64,000 nt of DNA from Octopus vulgaris (GCA_951406725.2 OX597820.1:69068001-69132000); one strand, 5' to 3'. Positions 1 through 13,727 are shown, numbered from the stretch's first letter. A program made the numbers and translations. Notes: generated from the sequence alone by a model not told the origin.

Positions 1-99
1 TAAAAAAGAATAACAACAATAATTTTAATAATTTTATTTTGTTTGTATTTGCCACAGGGACGACTGATAGAGAGACATTAGAAGAGTAAATTGCAACAT

Positions 100-149
<50 letters not shown>

Positions 150-159
150 GATAATAATA

Positions 160-212
<53 letters not shown>

Positions 213-501
213 AATAATATTAATAATAATAATAATAACAACAACAACAACAGCAACACCAACTACAACGCCACCAAGATTTTGAGCGTGTGAGGTTGTG
301 ATAAGCGTCATTATATTTCGTTAGAGATAATCCTCCGCTAATCCCTACCACCAACCCCCATCTTACAGATAATTACTGAAACCACCAATAACTCTTAGAC
401 CACACACACACACACACACACACAGACACACACATACTCGTTCACAGCCGCTGCTGACAACAAAATTAGCTCCAGTATTTATTTTTACTGCTGTTTATTT
501 C

Positions 502-540
<39 letters not shown>

Positions 541-799
541 TTGCAGCCATCACATTTTTATCTTTGTTTCTTTCTTTCGTTTTCATTCGTCATTTCCATC
601 TTCTTTTGTATTCACTTTCTCATGTCACTTCTTCGTCATTTGCTTTTTCTTCTTTTCTCTTTCCCCACCTTCCTCTCATTAACCCTCTTTTACCTCTGCT
701 ATACTTCGTTGTCCCACACTGAATTCTTGCTATACCTCTTTCCCATAGTTTTTCAATTGAGAACTTTTTAAGGTAAACGAAATGTTTTGTGGTCGATAA

Positions 800-1660
800 T
801 TTATTAGAAATGGCGGGCATTTCTTCTATAAATCACGCCCTACTGTTTTTGAGGATAGAAAAATGGATATTCAATGTATTATGATAAACATTTTGAGTAA
901 AAAAAAAAAAATTAAATGAAGACAAAAAGACAAATAGTCATAGCTAGATTACAATTCATCTGCAAAATTCAAAATCGCCGGAATCGTTAGCATCATCACG
1001 AACAGTTGTAAAACGTTTACATTGACAACCATCTGCAATCAGTCCTCGGATCACCATCATTCTTTATGTAATCATTGTTCCTATTATCATTGAAACAGAA
1101 TATATCAAAAATGAAAGCATCCATTTATAACAGATGAATACAGAATATAATTCAATAGAAATAACTTTAAACCAGTTACGGATGTAGCACTATTAAGAAA
1201 TACGAACCAAGGCTAACTGACACGTGAAAATACAAATCAATGCTTTCTTAACCAGTCATTAATGATCTCTAAACCAACACTGAAGCAATTATCTAACATA
1301 TAGAATTTACCTCCACATAAACAAACATAAACATCGTGTGTAAACGCTGTGTAGGTATAGCGAAAGGGAAACTTAAATAACAACACATCAATCATATTTC
1401 TTCCTTTATAAATGTATAAGCAAATGGCTAGGCAACAAAACTTCATTTATTCTAAGAATTTCAATATGTTACAATATTTGTTATCAGAAGGACGATTCCT
1501 GAAAGATGCATAACATACAAGAATTGCCAAAATCCCGTACAGTTTGCATACCTGGGAAGGGAATCATGTTCACGAATTCAGTAAGCGCACATTATTTTAA
1601 TGTCAGATCAGAAATATTCATCAGTTGTCGCCACTTCGATAAATATCTACAAAAAACAAT
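800..1660 (+). mobile_element. Decayed Penelope-like retroelement (Naiad-type), RT-linker plus GIY-YIG endonuclease remnant
   Basis: Manual translation with stops and frameshifts: DKHF (~882), CVGIAKGKLK*QHINHISSF (1348-1407; YIG...K.R..NH.SSF), ERCITYKN...TVCI..K (~1501-1560), FNVRSEIFISCRHFDKYL (1596-1649; LNxRSE..xCRH..K.L C-terminus). Followed by a pyrimidine-rich 3' region and a degenerate hammerhead at ~2090. Confidence 0.8.
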
Positions 1661-2256
1661 GGTAGATTATACAGCTACATAAAATCATTACTTAACTATA
1701 TTTCATAAGGAATAGTGGATTATTTCTGTCGCTTCTAGATTAAGACTCACTGTCACTCTTCCACGCTTAACAATCACTATTATTTATGCTGTCCAATATT
1801 GCCTGTAACTTACTATATAACCTATCTATACACTCGTTGTCCTTTTCATAACTTTAATTAACGTCGTAACTGTACTATTTAATATTATCCCACTTTTCAG
1901 TCACTCTTCATAGATTTTCTTTCCTAGTCAATGTGTGCAAACCCAAGGGGAATAACTTACCCCTAACAATCAATATCATTATGTAATATGTTAAGAATCT
2001 TTAATTCAATGCAAAATCAGAATCTGTACATACCGTTTAATCTAACAACTGATATTCGTCCATTAAGTTTGTATAGGCTATTAGGTTTGCATCGTCTGAT
2101 GGATATGCCATATTACAGGTTATAAAACATTGGATGACATTGTAATACCACTAAAGGACAACGCTATTAAGTATTACTCTCTACTACCTACATCGGGTTC
2201 TCTGATTTTGTTAATGCAAATAATTGTGTGTGTGTGTATATATGCATACACACACA

Positions 2257-2345
<89 letters not shown>

Positions 2346-3539
2346 CGAGAGCGAAAGGGAGGCAGACACACAATGTAAGAAAGAAACGGATAGATCGGTA
2401 GATATTGATAAATTATACAGATTATTTTTTTCCGTATTCCATCGGTATAAAAATTTCCTATCTTACAATCTATGCACTTACTTTGACACACGGAGATATC
2501 AACACCAAACATCAGGGAATAATTATCCCAACAATATACGGATTTTACAACATAAATAAATAAAATAAATAAGGACAATGAAACCCACCACTTGGACCAC
2601 CGGGAGAAACCGAAATTATTCTTTTACTTACCATTCTCTAAACGGCAATGAGTAAGGAAAATGGCATCCATTTCGCCTGATAGTAAAGAAAAAACTTATC
2701 GGCAGCCATTTCAAATATAGCTACTGACGCTTCCAGTGTACTCCGATACAGGGAATAATTTGGTGAACTTTGTAGTTTTTACTGGTGGTATTTTGTTGTT
2801 GTTATTTGGTCCCCCACACTCCTGGTCAGCCATGTATGAGTAGAACTATGATTAACTTTGTTGAAGCTACAATCGCTTTTTAAAACATTCCCTGTTTATT
2901 ATTGTCTTTATTGTCTGCCTTATTCAATATATCTTATTAGGAAAGATAGTTTTAATGAGAAGGTCATTTGGTTACTACTTCTTGGAGTTCAAACAACAGT
3001 CTTGATGTTTCCTCGTTGGCTCGCCTGGCTAATCTTAACGAAGAGATATGGTGGGATGGCGGTCTTAAGATTGCCTTTTGGGTAACAAGTGGATCAGTTC
3101 AAAACATGATAACAGCCATTCAGTATAAACTCACTGTTCAATGCCCCATGGATATTGAATGAGTGTTTCGAGAACTCTTTCGTAGGTTCCTGTGCATTTC
3201 AGATACGTTGTTGTTGGTCTTTTTACTATGATATATAGATGTTACACGAAACAGCAACTTCGTTGTTAGCACATCTAGGCCAAATATTATTTAACCTAAT
3301 GGCCAGCGTCTACACATTAGAAATGAAGGATCGAGGTAAAGTTTTTGGGAAGGATTTTTGCTGATAGAAGAAAGGGACGTAACTGTTGATTGACAAGGCT
3401 TGTTACTTTGCACAAGGTGTAATGGTACCCATATATATGAGGAACTATAAAGAACGAAACGGGATTTTGTGAAGGAAATCCAATTTTTCACACGCTATAA
3501 TGCTACATCACATTGAATTAATTTCAATAAGACATCAAG

Positions 3540-4145
3540 ATGATGAGGGAGCCATTGAGTGGTCCCCCTATTTACTAGATATAGAAACCCAATGTGAATC
3601 AAATCAAACCCTAGACTTTAAAAAAGGAAAAGAACAGGTTGAATCTGGATTGTGTAGTCCAGGTTTATATATTGAGGGATGCACAAATAAATGGCTTCCT
3701 AGAAGATGAGTCGCCAAGTGGATAAGATTCTGAGCTTACGATAATAAGGTCGTGAGTTCGATTTCCGTAGCGAGTAGCGATCTGTGTCCTTGATCAAGGG
3801 ACTTCACTTCATAATGCTTCAATGTGCTCAGCTGGAAATTAGTACCAGCTGAGTGCAGCCATCTCTATTTCCAGCTGTCACACTTTTAATGTTCCATTAG
3901 GCCAAAATTGTGGTCCTGTTTTTAGTCACAACTACCTGGTCACCTAAAACAATAAAGAAATCAGTGAAAGCATGATATATGCTACCAGTACAGACTCACT
4001 TGCGAAGCCCTTCAATGGATTTTCAGTCCAATGTTTGCTAAGCTTGAAAGGAAGAAAGACAGGATGGTCATGGTTGGAATACCATGCATCATAGGTCTAC
4101 TTAACTAACCTTGAGCTGATGATAAACAAGGACGATAACAACAGC
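3540..4145 (+). mobile_element. Old dispersed repeat (family E) interrupted by a family D SINE
   Basis: CTAGATATAGAAACCCAA..TCAAATCAAACCCTA..AAAAAAGGAAAAGAAC (3575-3640) and CAGGATGGTCATGGTTGGAATACC..(AAC)n end (4060-4145) resemble segments at 5755/6245, 61410-61590 and 63340-63850. Confidence 0.5.
3706..3860 (+). mobile_element. tRNA-derived SINE, family D, diverged
   Basis: tRNA-like head with B box GAGTTCGATTTCC, then GTGTCCTTGATCAAGGGACTTCACTTCA..CTCAGCTGG, shared with the copies at 7780 and 50120. Confidence 0.65.
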
Positions 4146-5176
4146 AACACTAACCCCTCTCCTCAGTCGACAGTACCCGCAACAACTACGAGTAAATGAG
4201 TGCTATGATTTGGAAGACACAACTTAACCCTATTAATATGCAATTAAGCCCAAATAATCACAATATATTACAGATAATATATTATTTTACGAGCCCCACC
4301 GTCTCACCCCCTGTAGACAACACTATTTTTACTACCATCAACTAGATTTCAATCATATTCTAAATATATTACTTATACACACACATACACATGTACACAT
4401 ACCTCTCACAAGCAAATATATAAATTCTCTGTCTCTCTTTCGCTCTCTATCGCCCTCTCTCTATATATATATGTATATATATATATATATATATATACAT
4501 ACACATACACATACACAACCTCTCTCTCTCACTCATTCTGTGTCCCCCCTCCCTCTATATATTTGTGTTTAGGAAAGTGTGGGTGGGAGATTCTGTTGTG
4601 TTTGTTCGTGACCGCCTCTACATAGATGGAGATTGCCAGAAGGCTAAAAACCTGCACAAGAAAGCTACATTATATATACATATATACACACATATACACA
4701 TGAATACATACATATGTGTGTATTAGAGAGAGGGAGTGAGATTCATATAAGTACGTACATACGAACATTTGATAAAAGGGTAGACCACACACATACATTC
4801 AAGTCTCAATCGCATGACCAAACAAACACCGGCTTTTTTTTCTCTTCATATTCTTATTTTTCTGTTTTCACAACAAAACGAGCAAACTGTTAGTAAAAGC
4901 CACTGTTCAGGGTTGTATATTTAGCGATACTCCCGCCCAATCTATATAGAATCAATGTGACAAGTCTCTCGTGTGTCTTTGTGGTTCTTGTTCTTGTGAC
5001 TGCTATTGTTATTGTTGTTTTTGCTGCTACTGCTGGTACTGTTTCGCTCCGGGTCAATCCAGAACCGAGCAGTTTCAACCGTAACCATTCCATCTGGGTT
5101 TTTTTCCTTTCCTTTTTTACAAACATAGTATTTGAAAATGCCGTTATTCAATGGGTTCTAGTGTGCGTTTGCATGT

Positions 5177-5340
5177 CTTTTATGTTTAACTAGTTTCAGT
5201 CATTGGACTACGTCCATAGTGCAGCACCGCCTAATATTTACTTTTTTTAAAAGTCTGGTACTTACTTTATCGCTCATTTTACGATGGGTTGCTAAGTCAC
5301 ACGAACATAAACAAGGAGGTGGGTGACAACCACATACATA

Positions 5341-5373
<33 letters not shown>

Positions 5374-5540
5374 GTACATATACATATATATATACACGAC
5401 GACATTCCACACAGCTTTCGTCTACCAAATTCATTCACAAAGCAAACTGACCCAGGGCTATGGTGAAGACACTTGCCCAACATACCGTACAGTGTGGCTG
5501 AACTCTAAATTTCAAAATGATTTTACTCACACTGTATGCC
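5177..5540 (-). mobile_element. tRNA-derived CORE-like SINE, family A, diverged copy
   Basis: Plus strand shows TTTCAGTCATTGGACT, (CA)n, TTTCGTCTACCAAATTCATTCACAA, GAAGACACTTGCCCAA, the reverse complement of the family A blocks at 7269-7703. Confidence 0.75.
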
Positions 5541-5754
5541 TAAAGGGAGAAGTCTGTATAGAATTTAAAAGAAAATTTGGCTGTTATTTTCAGCCGGTCG
5601 TGTGATCAGATATAGATTCGTTGTTGTCGTTTTTCTCGACGTCAGGCCTACAACCATTACGACCATGCCCTAGTCATCTTATGAATCGAATTTGTGCTCC
5701 TGGTGTGACTCAAATTTAAATCCTTTATCTTTCTTTTGCATTTTAAAACACCAT

Positions 5755-6332
5755 TGAAATTAGCTGCCAAATCTCCCTCACATCATACGCTGTCATAGGT
5801 ACAGGCGTAGATATGTAGTTATGATGCTTTCCAATTATGCACAGCACCTTGAGCAAATGACTTCTACTAATGTGTGTGTATCTGTGTGTCCAACTACCGC
5901 CTAACAACTGTCGTTGGTTTGTGCTTACATTGGTTTGGCAAAAGAAACCGACTGACAGAGTAAGTATCCTACTTATAAAAAAATAAGTACTGGGCTCGGT
6001 TTGTGCGACTATACCTTTGAAGGATGTGCTCCAGAATGGTCATAGCCCAATGACTGAAATAAATAAATAATAACGATAGGGCAAGGAAACAGTGAATATA
6101 GTCCCACATTCTTTCAAGAGGGTAGGAAAGTCGCGGTCAGGAGTTCTTTGAAACAGACATTTCTGGCAAAAGAGCATTACCTGTTGCTCGAACAGCCAGA
6201 TACTGTAGCCAATTGTCCCACAAATCTTGTGTTAAGACGTCAAACGGGATGGTCACAGATGGAACGCCTTTGATCAGTATTTCTTTCAAGGAGAAACTGA
6301 TATAGGACCAAACAATAACAAGAACAACAACC
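5755..6332 (+). mobile_element. Family E repeat (5755-5797 and ~6075-6332) split by a diverged family A SINE (5798-6070)
   Basis: GAAATTAGCTGCCAAATCTCCCTCA on the left; A blocks GCACCTTGAGCAAATGACTTCTACTA, GGCAAAAGAAACCGA, GTACTGGGCTCGGTTTG, GTGCTCCAGAATGG, AATGACTGAAA in the middle; GGGATGGTCACAGATGGAACGCCTTTGATCA..(AAC)n on the right. Confidence 0.65.
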
Positions 6333-7268
6333 TTATAATCATAAAGCTTTGGCTCTGATAACGAAACCAGTTTTGTGCAGAGAGAGCGAGAGAGAAAGAG
6401 AGAAAAAGGAGGTCGGGCGGACAAAAATAAAATAAAATAAAAATAACGAAATGATTATCTCCCTTAGACTTTTATTTTCCATGTTACACACAAAGAGGAG
6501 ACGCGATTTACACGTGTCACCTTAAACTAAAGACTATCGGAGCAATGTTCTTACAACTCACAGGAAGCCATTTGTAGATCTTCCAATATATGACTTGTTT
6601 TTATTATCTCCCTTTTATTTTGCCATCTTCTTAAAATCAACACCACCATTATTATCATCATCAGTAATAATTATCACTATGAGTAACATTAAATTTTACA
6701 AATGAGATTAAGATAATGAATGCTTTGAAATAAATACAGTGTATATGTCGCACCTATGATTTAGTGTCAAATGTTTGTACAAAATTTTTCCTTTCATAGT
6801 TTTAGTTTTGCCTTGTGCATACGTTGCACTTCTTTTTATTTTTAATCTTAAAATCAACTATAAAAATAAAGCAGCTGGTACATGAGTAGATACGATCTTT
6901 TATCTTTTTTTTTAATGAAACTTATATGGAAATTTTGCAACATTCATTTGTTTCTGTGGCAATAATTGGAAATACGAGGCTTTTTACCAAGCAATCACAA
7001 TCACAAATTTTACAGAGGCAGGAAAAAGTTGTGGCCCTATTGAAAATAAACTCGAATTGTATTGGTTTCTACAACGAATCGAAACCATGAACGTGTGGCT
7101 CAAATTACCGGAAGCTTGCTTCTACTCTCTGCCAAATCCCCGATATTGATTAAGCCCGGAGCAATTTCTACTCTCGTCCCTTAAGTTGTTAAGAAAAGCT
7201 GCAAATGCTGCTCAAAACCATTGTTTTTGAAAATATAGGGTCATATTATAAATGAAATCTTAGATACA

Positions 7269-7432
7269 GGCGCAGGAGTGGGTGTGTGATAAGTAGCTTA
7301 CTTACCAACCACATTATCTCGGGTTCAGTCCCACTGCATGGCACCTTGGGTAAGTAGTGTCTTCTACTATAGCCTCGAGCAGACCAAAGACTTTTGAATG
7401 GATTTGGTAGACGGAAACTGAATGAAGCCCGT

Positions 7433-7485
<53 letters not shown>

Positions 7486-7703
7486 ATGTATGTGTATGTA
7501 TGTTTGTGTATCTATGTTTGTCGCTTGACAACCGATGCTGCTGCGTTTACGTCTTCGTATCTTAGCGGTTCGGCAAAAGAGACCGATAGAATAAGTACCA
7601 GGCTTACAAAAGAATAAGTCCTGGGGGCGATTTGCTCGACTAAAAACGGTGCTCCAGTATGGCCGCAGTCAAATGACTGATACAGGTAAAAGAATAAAAG
7701 AAT
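7269..7703 (+). mobile_element. tRNA-derived CORE-like SINE, family A, full-length copy with internal microsatellite
   Basis: Head GGCGCAGGAGTGG..GGGTTCAGTCCC (B box); CORE-like GGCACCTTGGGTAAGT; GGATTTGGTAGACGGAAACTGAA; (TA)n/(TG)n; CGGTTCGGCAAAAGAGACCGATAGAATAAGTAC; GGTGCTCCAG..TGACTGA; AAAAGAAT tail. About 12 copies in the window. Confidence 0.9.
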
Positions 7704-7779
7704 GCATTATTGTCTGCAAAAAAGAAGTTTGTTATAGCTTTTATCATAGATTTGTTGTGTAGGTGCTAATTTATGACTT

Positions 7780-8036
7780 GCACACTCCACGGACAATGGC
7801 TGCACACTCCACGGACACGTTTACCCTTAACATAGTTCTCAGTGAGAGTCAACGTAATGCAGAATGGGACAGGGCCGGCCTTTTGGATTACCGGTAGAAC
7901 TCATGTTTGCCAGCTGAGTGGACTGGAGCAACTTGAAGTAAAGTGACTTGCTCATTGACACAACACACTGCTGGGAATCGAATTCCCCCCCTTACGATCG
8001 TGAACAAAATACCCTAACCACTAAGCCAAGCGCCTT
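7780..8036 (-). mobile_element. tRNA-derived SINE, family D
   Basis: Minus strand: AAGGCGCTTGGCTTAGTGGTTAGGG (A box)..AATTCGATTCCC (B box)..GAGCAAGTCACTTTACTTCAAGTTGCTCCAGTCCACTCAGCTGGCAA. A 17-bp tandem duplication TGCACACTCCACGGACA lies at the 3' end. Confidence 0.85.
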
Positions 8037-8179
8037 TTTACTAAATAACAACAACAGCAAACAGGTCCTAGAGAGAATATAGTCAGTTTAGTCCGTCCGA
8101 TCATATGTTTACTACGAAGGTATTGGATTTAATGTTCACTATGGTGTGATTTGAATACAGTTACGTTAAGTACAAACCT

Positions 8180-8210
<31 letters not shown>

Positions 8211-8499
8211 TATCATCATCAACCCTAAACATCAGTGTTTCAAGACCTAGGTATCATATTTTACAAAATTCAGTCTCATCCATTTACATTTGAGGTGAAA
8301 CTTTGCATGAAACGATAAAAAATACCTGTAATAACTTAGTTATAGAAAATGGCTACAAATATGTATCTTAATTGATAACCATTGCTCTCATGACGTTTTT
8401 GATATCTGTTCATCCGGGCCATCACTGGATGCTTCTAGTAGCATATATCACCCTTTGTATTGGAAGTGCTTGTAAGCAACCTCGTTCGAACCGTTTCTG

Positions 8500-8760
8500 C
8501 ATCTCGGGAAAGGAGCGCTATTTAGCTTTTAGCTGTATCTCACGACAATTCTCACTTCGGGAATCGTCTTCCAAATCTTCTTTCGAGGACATATGATATC
8601 TTCTTCCGTTCTTGAAAAACAGAGTTATATTACTTTCCGCCATGTTCTATTTTCAGTAATTCATCGAATGAGGCGTCAATTTTTTTCGTGACCTGTCACT
8701 TTTGTGCTTCAAAATTTTTCATTACTCTTGTAGTGAGCAGCGCAAGCAAAGAACGATGTG
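8500..8760 (-). mobile_element. Decayed mariner-type transposase N-terminal fragment
   Basis: Minus-strand frame FFKNGRRYHMSSKEDLEDDSRS (8620-8553) resembles the mariner W.KRF..GREDLEDD.RSGRP motif. No intact ORF or TIR seen. Confidence 0.5.
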
Positions 8761-9366
8761 TTACGGCTTTATTATTGTGGTTTTCATTGATGTTTGAGTT
8801 CCCCTTACTGTTTTATTAAACTTCTGACTAAAATGGTTGAGAAAAGTAAAATTTCATTTCAGTAGGAACCGAAACCATTAGATAAGGAAAAAATGAATCA
8901 AAATAGTAATAAGAATGATGATAAATACTTTAGAAAATATTACAAGCTTCAGACAGGACAAAGAATAAATAGGGGTATTAGAAAAAAAAAAGGCATGCAG
9001 CGTAACTCTCAAACAAACATAAATACGTACATACATAAATACATACACACACACAGAGGCATGTGCATACATGCATACATATATACGCCTACAGACACGT
9101 GTGTGTTTGTGTGTGTAGGAGAGCGTGTAGTAGTACCTGCATCTGTGTCATTTGAGATTAAATACGTGTATGACTTCCACTCCACACTTCAATACTATGC
9201 ATAATCTCTATCCTTCCACCCACATCTTTTATAGCTAACGTCTAATACCAATGGCCCTAATTACCAACAGGCAGTATTTACCAACCATTCTTCAGCTTTT
9301 GACTATTTCCTTTAGTTCTTACTGGCAGTTAGTCCTTATGTCTGTCTATCTATCTATCTATCTATC

Positions 9367-9405
<39 letters not shown>

Positions 9406-9554
9406 GTTTCTTCTCTCCCCCCTCTCTCTCTCATATATATATCATATATTTACACACACGCACACACACACACACGTTCCTGTATCTTCTTAAGCTTTCT
9501 CAAAAACTAACTAGAACTTGCTTTCCAAAATATCCCACAGCAAATAATAATAAT

Positions 9555-9599
<45 letters not shown>

Positions 9600-9698
9600 C
9601 CTTTCTACTATAGGCGCAAGGCCTGAAATTTTGTGTGGAGGAGACCGGTCGATTACATCGACCCCAGTGTTTCACAGGTACTCGGCGGAATTTGAACC
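9600..9698 (-). mobile_element. Family B SINE, internally deleted fragment with (GTT)n(ATT)n tail
   Basis: CTTTCTACTATAGGCGCAAGGCCTGAAATTTT..GTCGATTACATCGACCCCAGT..CTCGGCGGAATTTGAAC is the reverse complement of the B copies at 43130 and 44738. Confidence 0.85.
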
Positions 9699-9705
9699 CA
9701 CTTTT

Positions 9706-9974
9706 CAAGCCTAGCCAGGCTCATGGGCCCGGTTTCCCGGTTTCTGTGGCGTATGCGTTCCTCTCAGCTGGACGATACGCCAGTGCATCGCTGCGTTAGT
9801 CAAGAAACAGGAAGAGAGAATGAGAGAAAGTTGTGGCGAAAGAGTACAACAGGGGTCACCACCACCACCCACTGGAGCTTCGTGGAGCTTTTAGGTGTTT
9901 CACTCAATAAACAGACACAACGCCCGGTCTGGGAATCGAAACCGCGATCCTCCGACCGCGAGTCCGCTGCCCTA
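9706..9974 (-). mobile_element. tRNA(Arg-like)-derived SINE, family C
   Basis: Minus strand TAGGGCAGCGGACTCGCGGTCGGAGGATCGCGGTTTCGATTCCCAGACCGGGCGTTGTG..CTAAAAGCTCCAC is nearly identical to 49600-49693; GC-rich body. Confidence 0.85.
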
Positions 9975-10051
9975 TCTCTTTTAAGTCTCCAAGTTCAAAT
10001 TTTCTCCCTCCATCCGTTCTCACTCTTTGTCTCATTCTCTCTAACTGTCTC

Positions 10052-10092
<41 letters not shown>

Positions 10093-10237
10093 GACCATCC
10101 ACCTATTCAATCACACACACACACACACACAGACACACACACACACAATGATGCACGTGTGAGGTATGCGGTGTATGTGTGTGTATGTGTCTGTGTGCAG
10201 CAGTAGCGGTAAGAGCAGCAGCAGTAGCAGCAGCAGC

Positions 10238-10268
<31 letters not shown>

Positions 10269-10595
10269 ATGGTGGTGGTGGTAGCCATAAGGGTAACATG
10301 TGGTTCGATTCCCGTAATCGATCTTTCACCTTTCTCCATATTCGTGTGTGTGTGTATGAGAGAAAGGAGGAAGAGGGAGAGAAGGAAAGCAAGGGAGAGG
10401 AGGAAAGAGAGACAAGAGAGAAAGAAAGAGTGAGAAGGAGAAGTAGAGGAAGATGGACGGATCGATAACAGCCCTCCATAATATTAACATTGTTAACTTC
10501 TGTCCACAATATCTCATTATTAACTAGTCATAATGCTCTCCCTATCTCTCTCCCCATCTCTCTCTCTCTCTTTCATCCCGTCTCTCTGTCTGCTT

Positions 10596-10655
<60 letters not shown>

Positions 10656-11025
10656 TTATGTCTCCAATTTCTCTGTTCTATCTTTTTTCTCTTCGAATCA
10701 ACATTGCCTCTCTTTTGCATCCTTGCTCACATACTATTCCCCCCTTCACCGCTTTCCACTTGTCTCTCGATTTCCTACTGCCACAGTAGAAGCCAGCGTG
10801 AACAGACAGTCGGTTAGTTTCGTCTACCATTGGTTGATTCGTGTATATCAAGGTTAGCTGGAACATAACTCCGAAAAATGAAAAGAAAGAAGAGATAAAT
10901 GGAACCTTGTTGTCTGCTACACTACAGGCACTCATCATTCCCAAATAGTTTTCTGCACACTAAATTTGCTGCCATTAATACGTTATGTATATATGTATAT
11001 TTGTGAATGGGAGAGGGGGATCTTT

Positions 11026-11111
<86 letters not shown>

Positions 11112-11699
11112 ATTATTATTATTATACACATACACTCTCACACAAACACAACACAATGGCGTTGAACAAGCATGTTTAGAGCTACGAACTGTAGCCAATG
11201 ACAGAATAAAAGAGCGTGTGTGAGTGTGTGTTTATATATGTGTACGTGTGTGTGTGTGTGTGTGTATGTGTGTGTGTAAAGGCACAAATACATACATATG
11301 TAATTACATATTTAAAAAAAAACACCTACGCACACGCACGCACATACACACATACACGCACGCGCACGCGCGCATGCACAGAGAACGACGGGATCCTTCA
11401 GAAATGCACCGAGCCTATTATAAACGCCCATGATACACGCACACACACACACACGTATATTACAGGGATATTATATGTAAATGATGTTTTGAGCTGTCGG
11501 GGATATTGAGAAGAACCGAAGGAAAAACGATTCAGTATGTATTTAATGGTTAAAATATTGGCGAAGATTACATACACACTCACACATTTACTTTTGGTTA
11601 TATCCTGTGCTCTGTCTCAGATAAAAATTCTCTCTCTCTCTGTCTTATTCATATCAAATGATTATATATGTGTATGTATATGGATGGATGTGTTTGTAT

Positions 11700-11738
<39 letters not shown>

Positions 11739-11866
11739 AAAGAAAGATTTTCGTAAATTTGAAATTATCAAATATATTTTTTTTAAATCTTTAAAAGCAC
11801 AGAATGACACGAACTTTGAGGAAGTTTTCGAATATACATAGATTCTTCCATGGGCATATACAAAGA

Positions 11867-12054
<188 letters not shown>

Positions 12055-12247
12055 TGCGTGTGAGCGTGTGCGCTTGTATGTTTATATTTTTTATGCTGCG
12101 GTTTATTAAAGTTTCGTGCAGTTTTAATCATGAGTTAGGCACCAAAATATTTACAATTCTTTGTAAAAATGTTCCTTGAAACCGAATGTAAATCAGGAAA
12201 GAATAAGATGAATCATGAGATACAGTGTTGATTCCTTACCTGTCATA

Positions 12248-12282
<35 letters not shown>

Positions 12283-12364
12283 CTTTTATCGATGCCAACT
12301 CAAACTTGCGGCCTTGCTGGGATATATATATACACGCACACGCACACACACATATATATATATA

Positions 12365-12408
<44 letters not shown>

Positions 12409-12629
12409 GTGTGTGTGTATGAATGTATGTATGTATGTATGTATGTATGTATGTATGTGTGTATCAATTTCTCGCACAATACATAGATTCATAGAATCTT
12501 GTGGCTATCTCAGAAAACTCCCCTCATAAAGTCTGGCTTTTGATGTACATACATATGTATATGCACACACACATACGTACATGCACATATATACATATAC
12601 GAAGAGAAAGAGAGAGGGAGAGAAAGACC

Positions 12630-12700
<71 letters not shown>

Positions 12701-12741
12701 TAGATTAGATTAGATTAGATTGATTAATTGATTGATTGATT

Positions 12742-12890
12742 AGCGGTGATATTAAAAAGCTTGATAGAATAAGTACCAGACTTTAATAGTATAAGTTCTG
12801 TGTTTGATTTGTTCGAGTTAGTCCTTCGAATCGGTACCCCAGCATGACAACGGTCCATTGAGTGAAGCCAGAAAAAAGCTAAATATAAAA
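12742..12890 (+). mobile_element. Family A SINE, diverged 3' half
   Basis: GATAGAATAAGTACCAG..GATTTGTTCGAG..GGTACCCCAGCATGAC..TGAGTGAA. Confidence 0.7.
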
Positions 12891-13727
12891 GTCATACTAT
12901 ATTCGTGTACATACATATGTTACATACAGATATATGTAAGCGTTTTGTAGGTATGAGTGTTATATATGCATGTCTGTGCGTGTGTATGCGAGTGTGTATG
13001 TATAGAGGCTTGTGTGTGTGTCTTTGATTGAATCTGCGTGGGTGGAACGCGTACGTGCGTGCGTGTGTGTAAAGGAGCGCGTCTAACTGTGTCTGTGTGT
13101 TGGTCTCGTTGTTGAATCCGAGCGCTTTCACTCGCCCAAACATTCTCTCTACAGTGTTCAGTGATATTTATTCACTCTCTCTCTCTCTTTCTCTGTATTT
13201 TGCTCTCACATCTCCTCCTGTCTCTATTTGTTTAACAGACACACACACACACACACTCAGATATACTCAATCACCCACACACATCTCTCTCTCCGTCTCT
13301 CTCACAGTTTCTCTCTCTCTCTCTCTCTTCCTCCTGCTCACACGGTCTCTCTTTTTCTCACTTACTTCCTCACGCACACACACGCTCATACATACGCACT
13401 CTCTCCCTCTCTTACATATACACCTAAAAATATTTTCCTTCAAATTCATTCGTTTTGCTTCATTTCCTGTCAGTTTTAAAGATAAATACTTTTACTCACT
13501 TCCCTATATACAATCGTAGAACTGCAGCCATACGGGATGCACAGGATACAAAAATACACGAGACAGACAAGTAATTGTACGCTAATTCCATTTGTGGATC
13601 ACAAAACGACACTGGACTTAAAAACAGACGCAACCGAAGCAACACCGGCTTTAGACCGGTGTAAACATTAAACTCTCTCACTGTCTGGCAGTCTGTCTCT
13701 GCACGTTTGTGTGTGTGTATGTGTCTA

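Noticed and set aside
6137-6424. 95-aa ORF as a coding exon
   Set aside because: Overlaps the 3' part of repeat family E on the opposite strand.
10280-10315. Isolated B-box GGTTCGATTCCC as a tRNA or SINE
   Set aside because: No convincing A box, cloverleaf or SINE body; it sits next to a trinucleotide run.
11461-11610. Tc1-type MITE (TACAGGGATA.. / ..TATATCCTGTG)
   Set aside because: Terminal complementarity is too short and gapped.
13642-13662. 7-bp hairpin ACACCGG/CCGGTGT as a Helitron end or terminator
   Set aside because: No CTRR end or T-tract follows; expected by chance in 64 kb.
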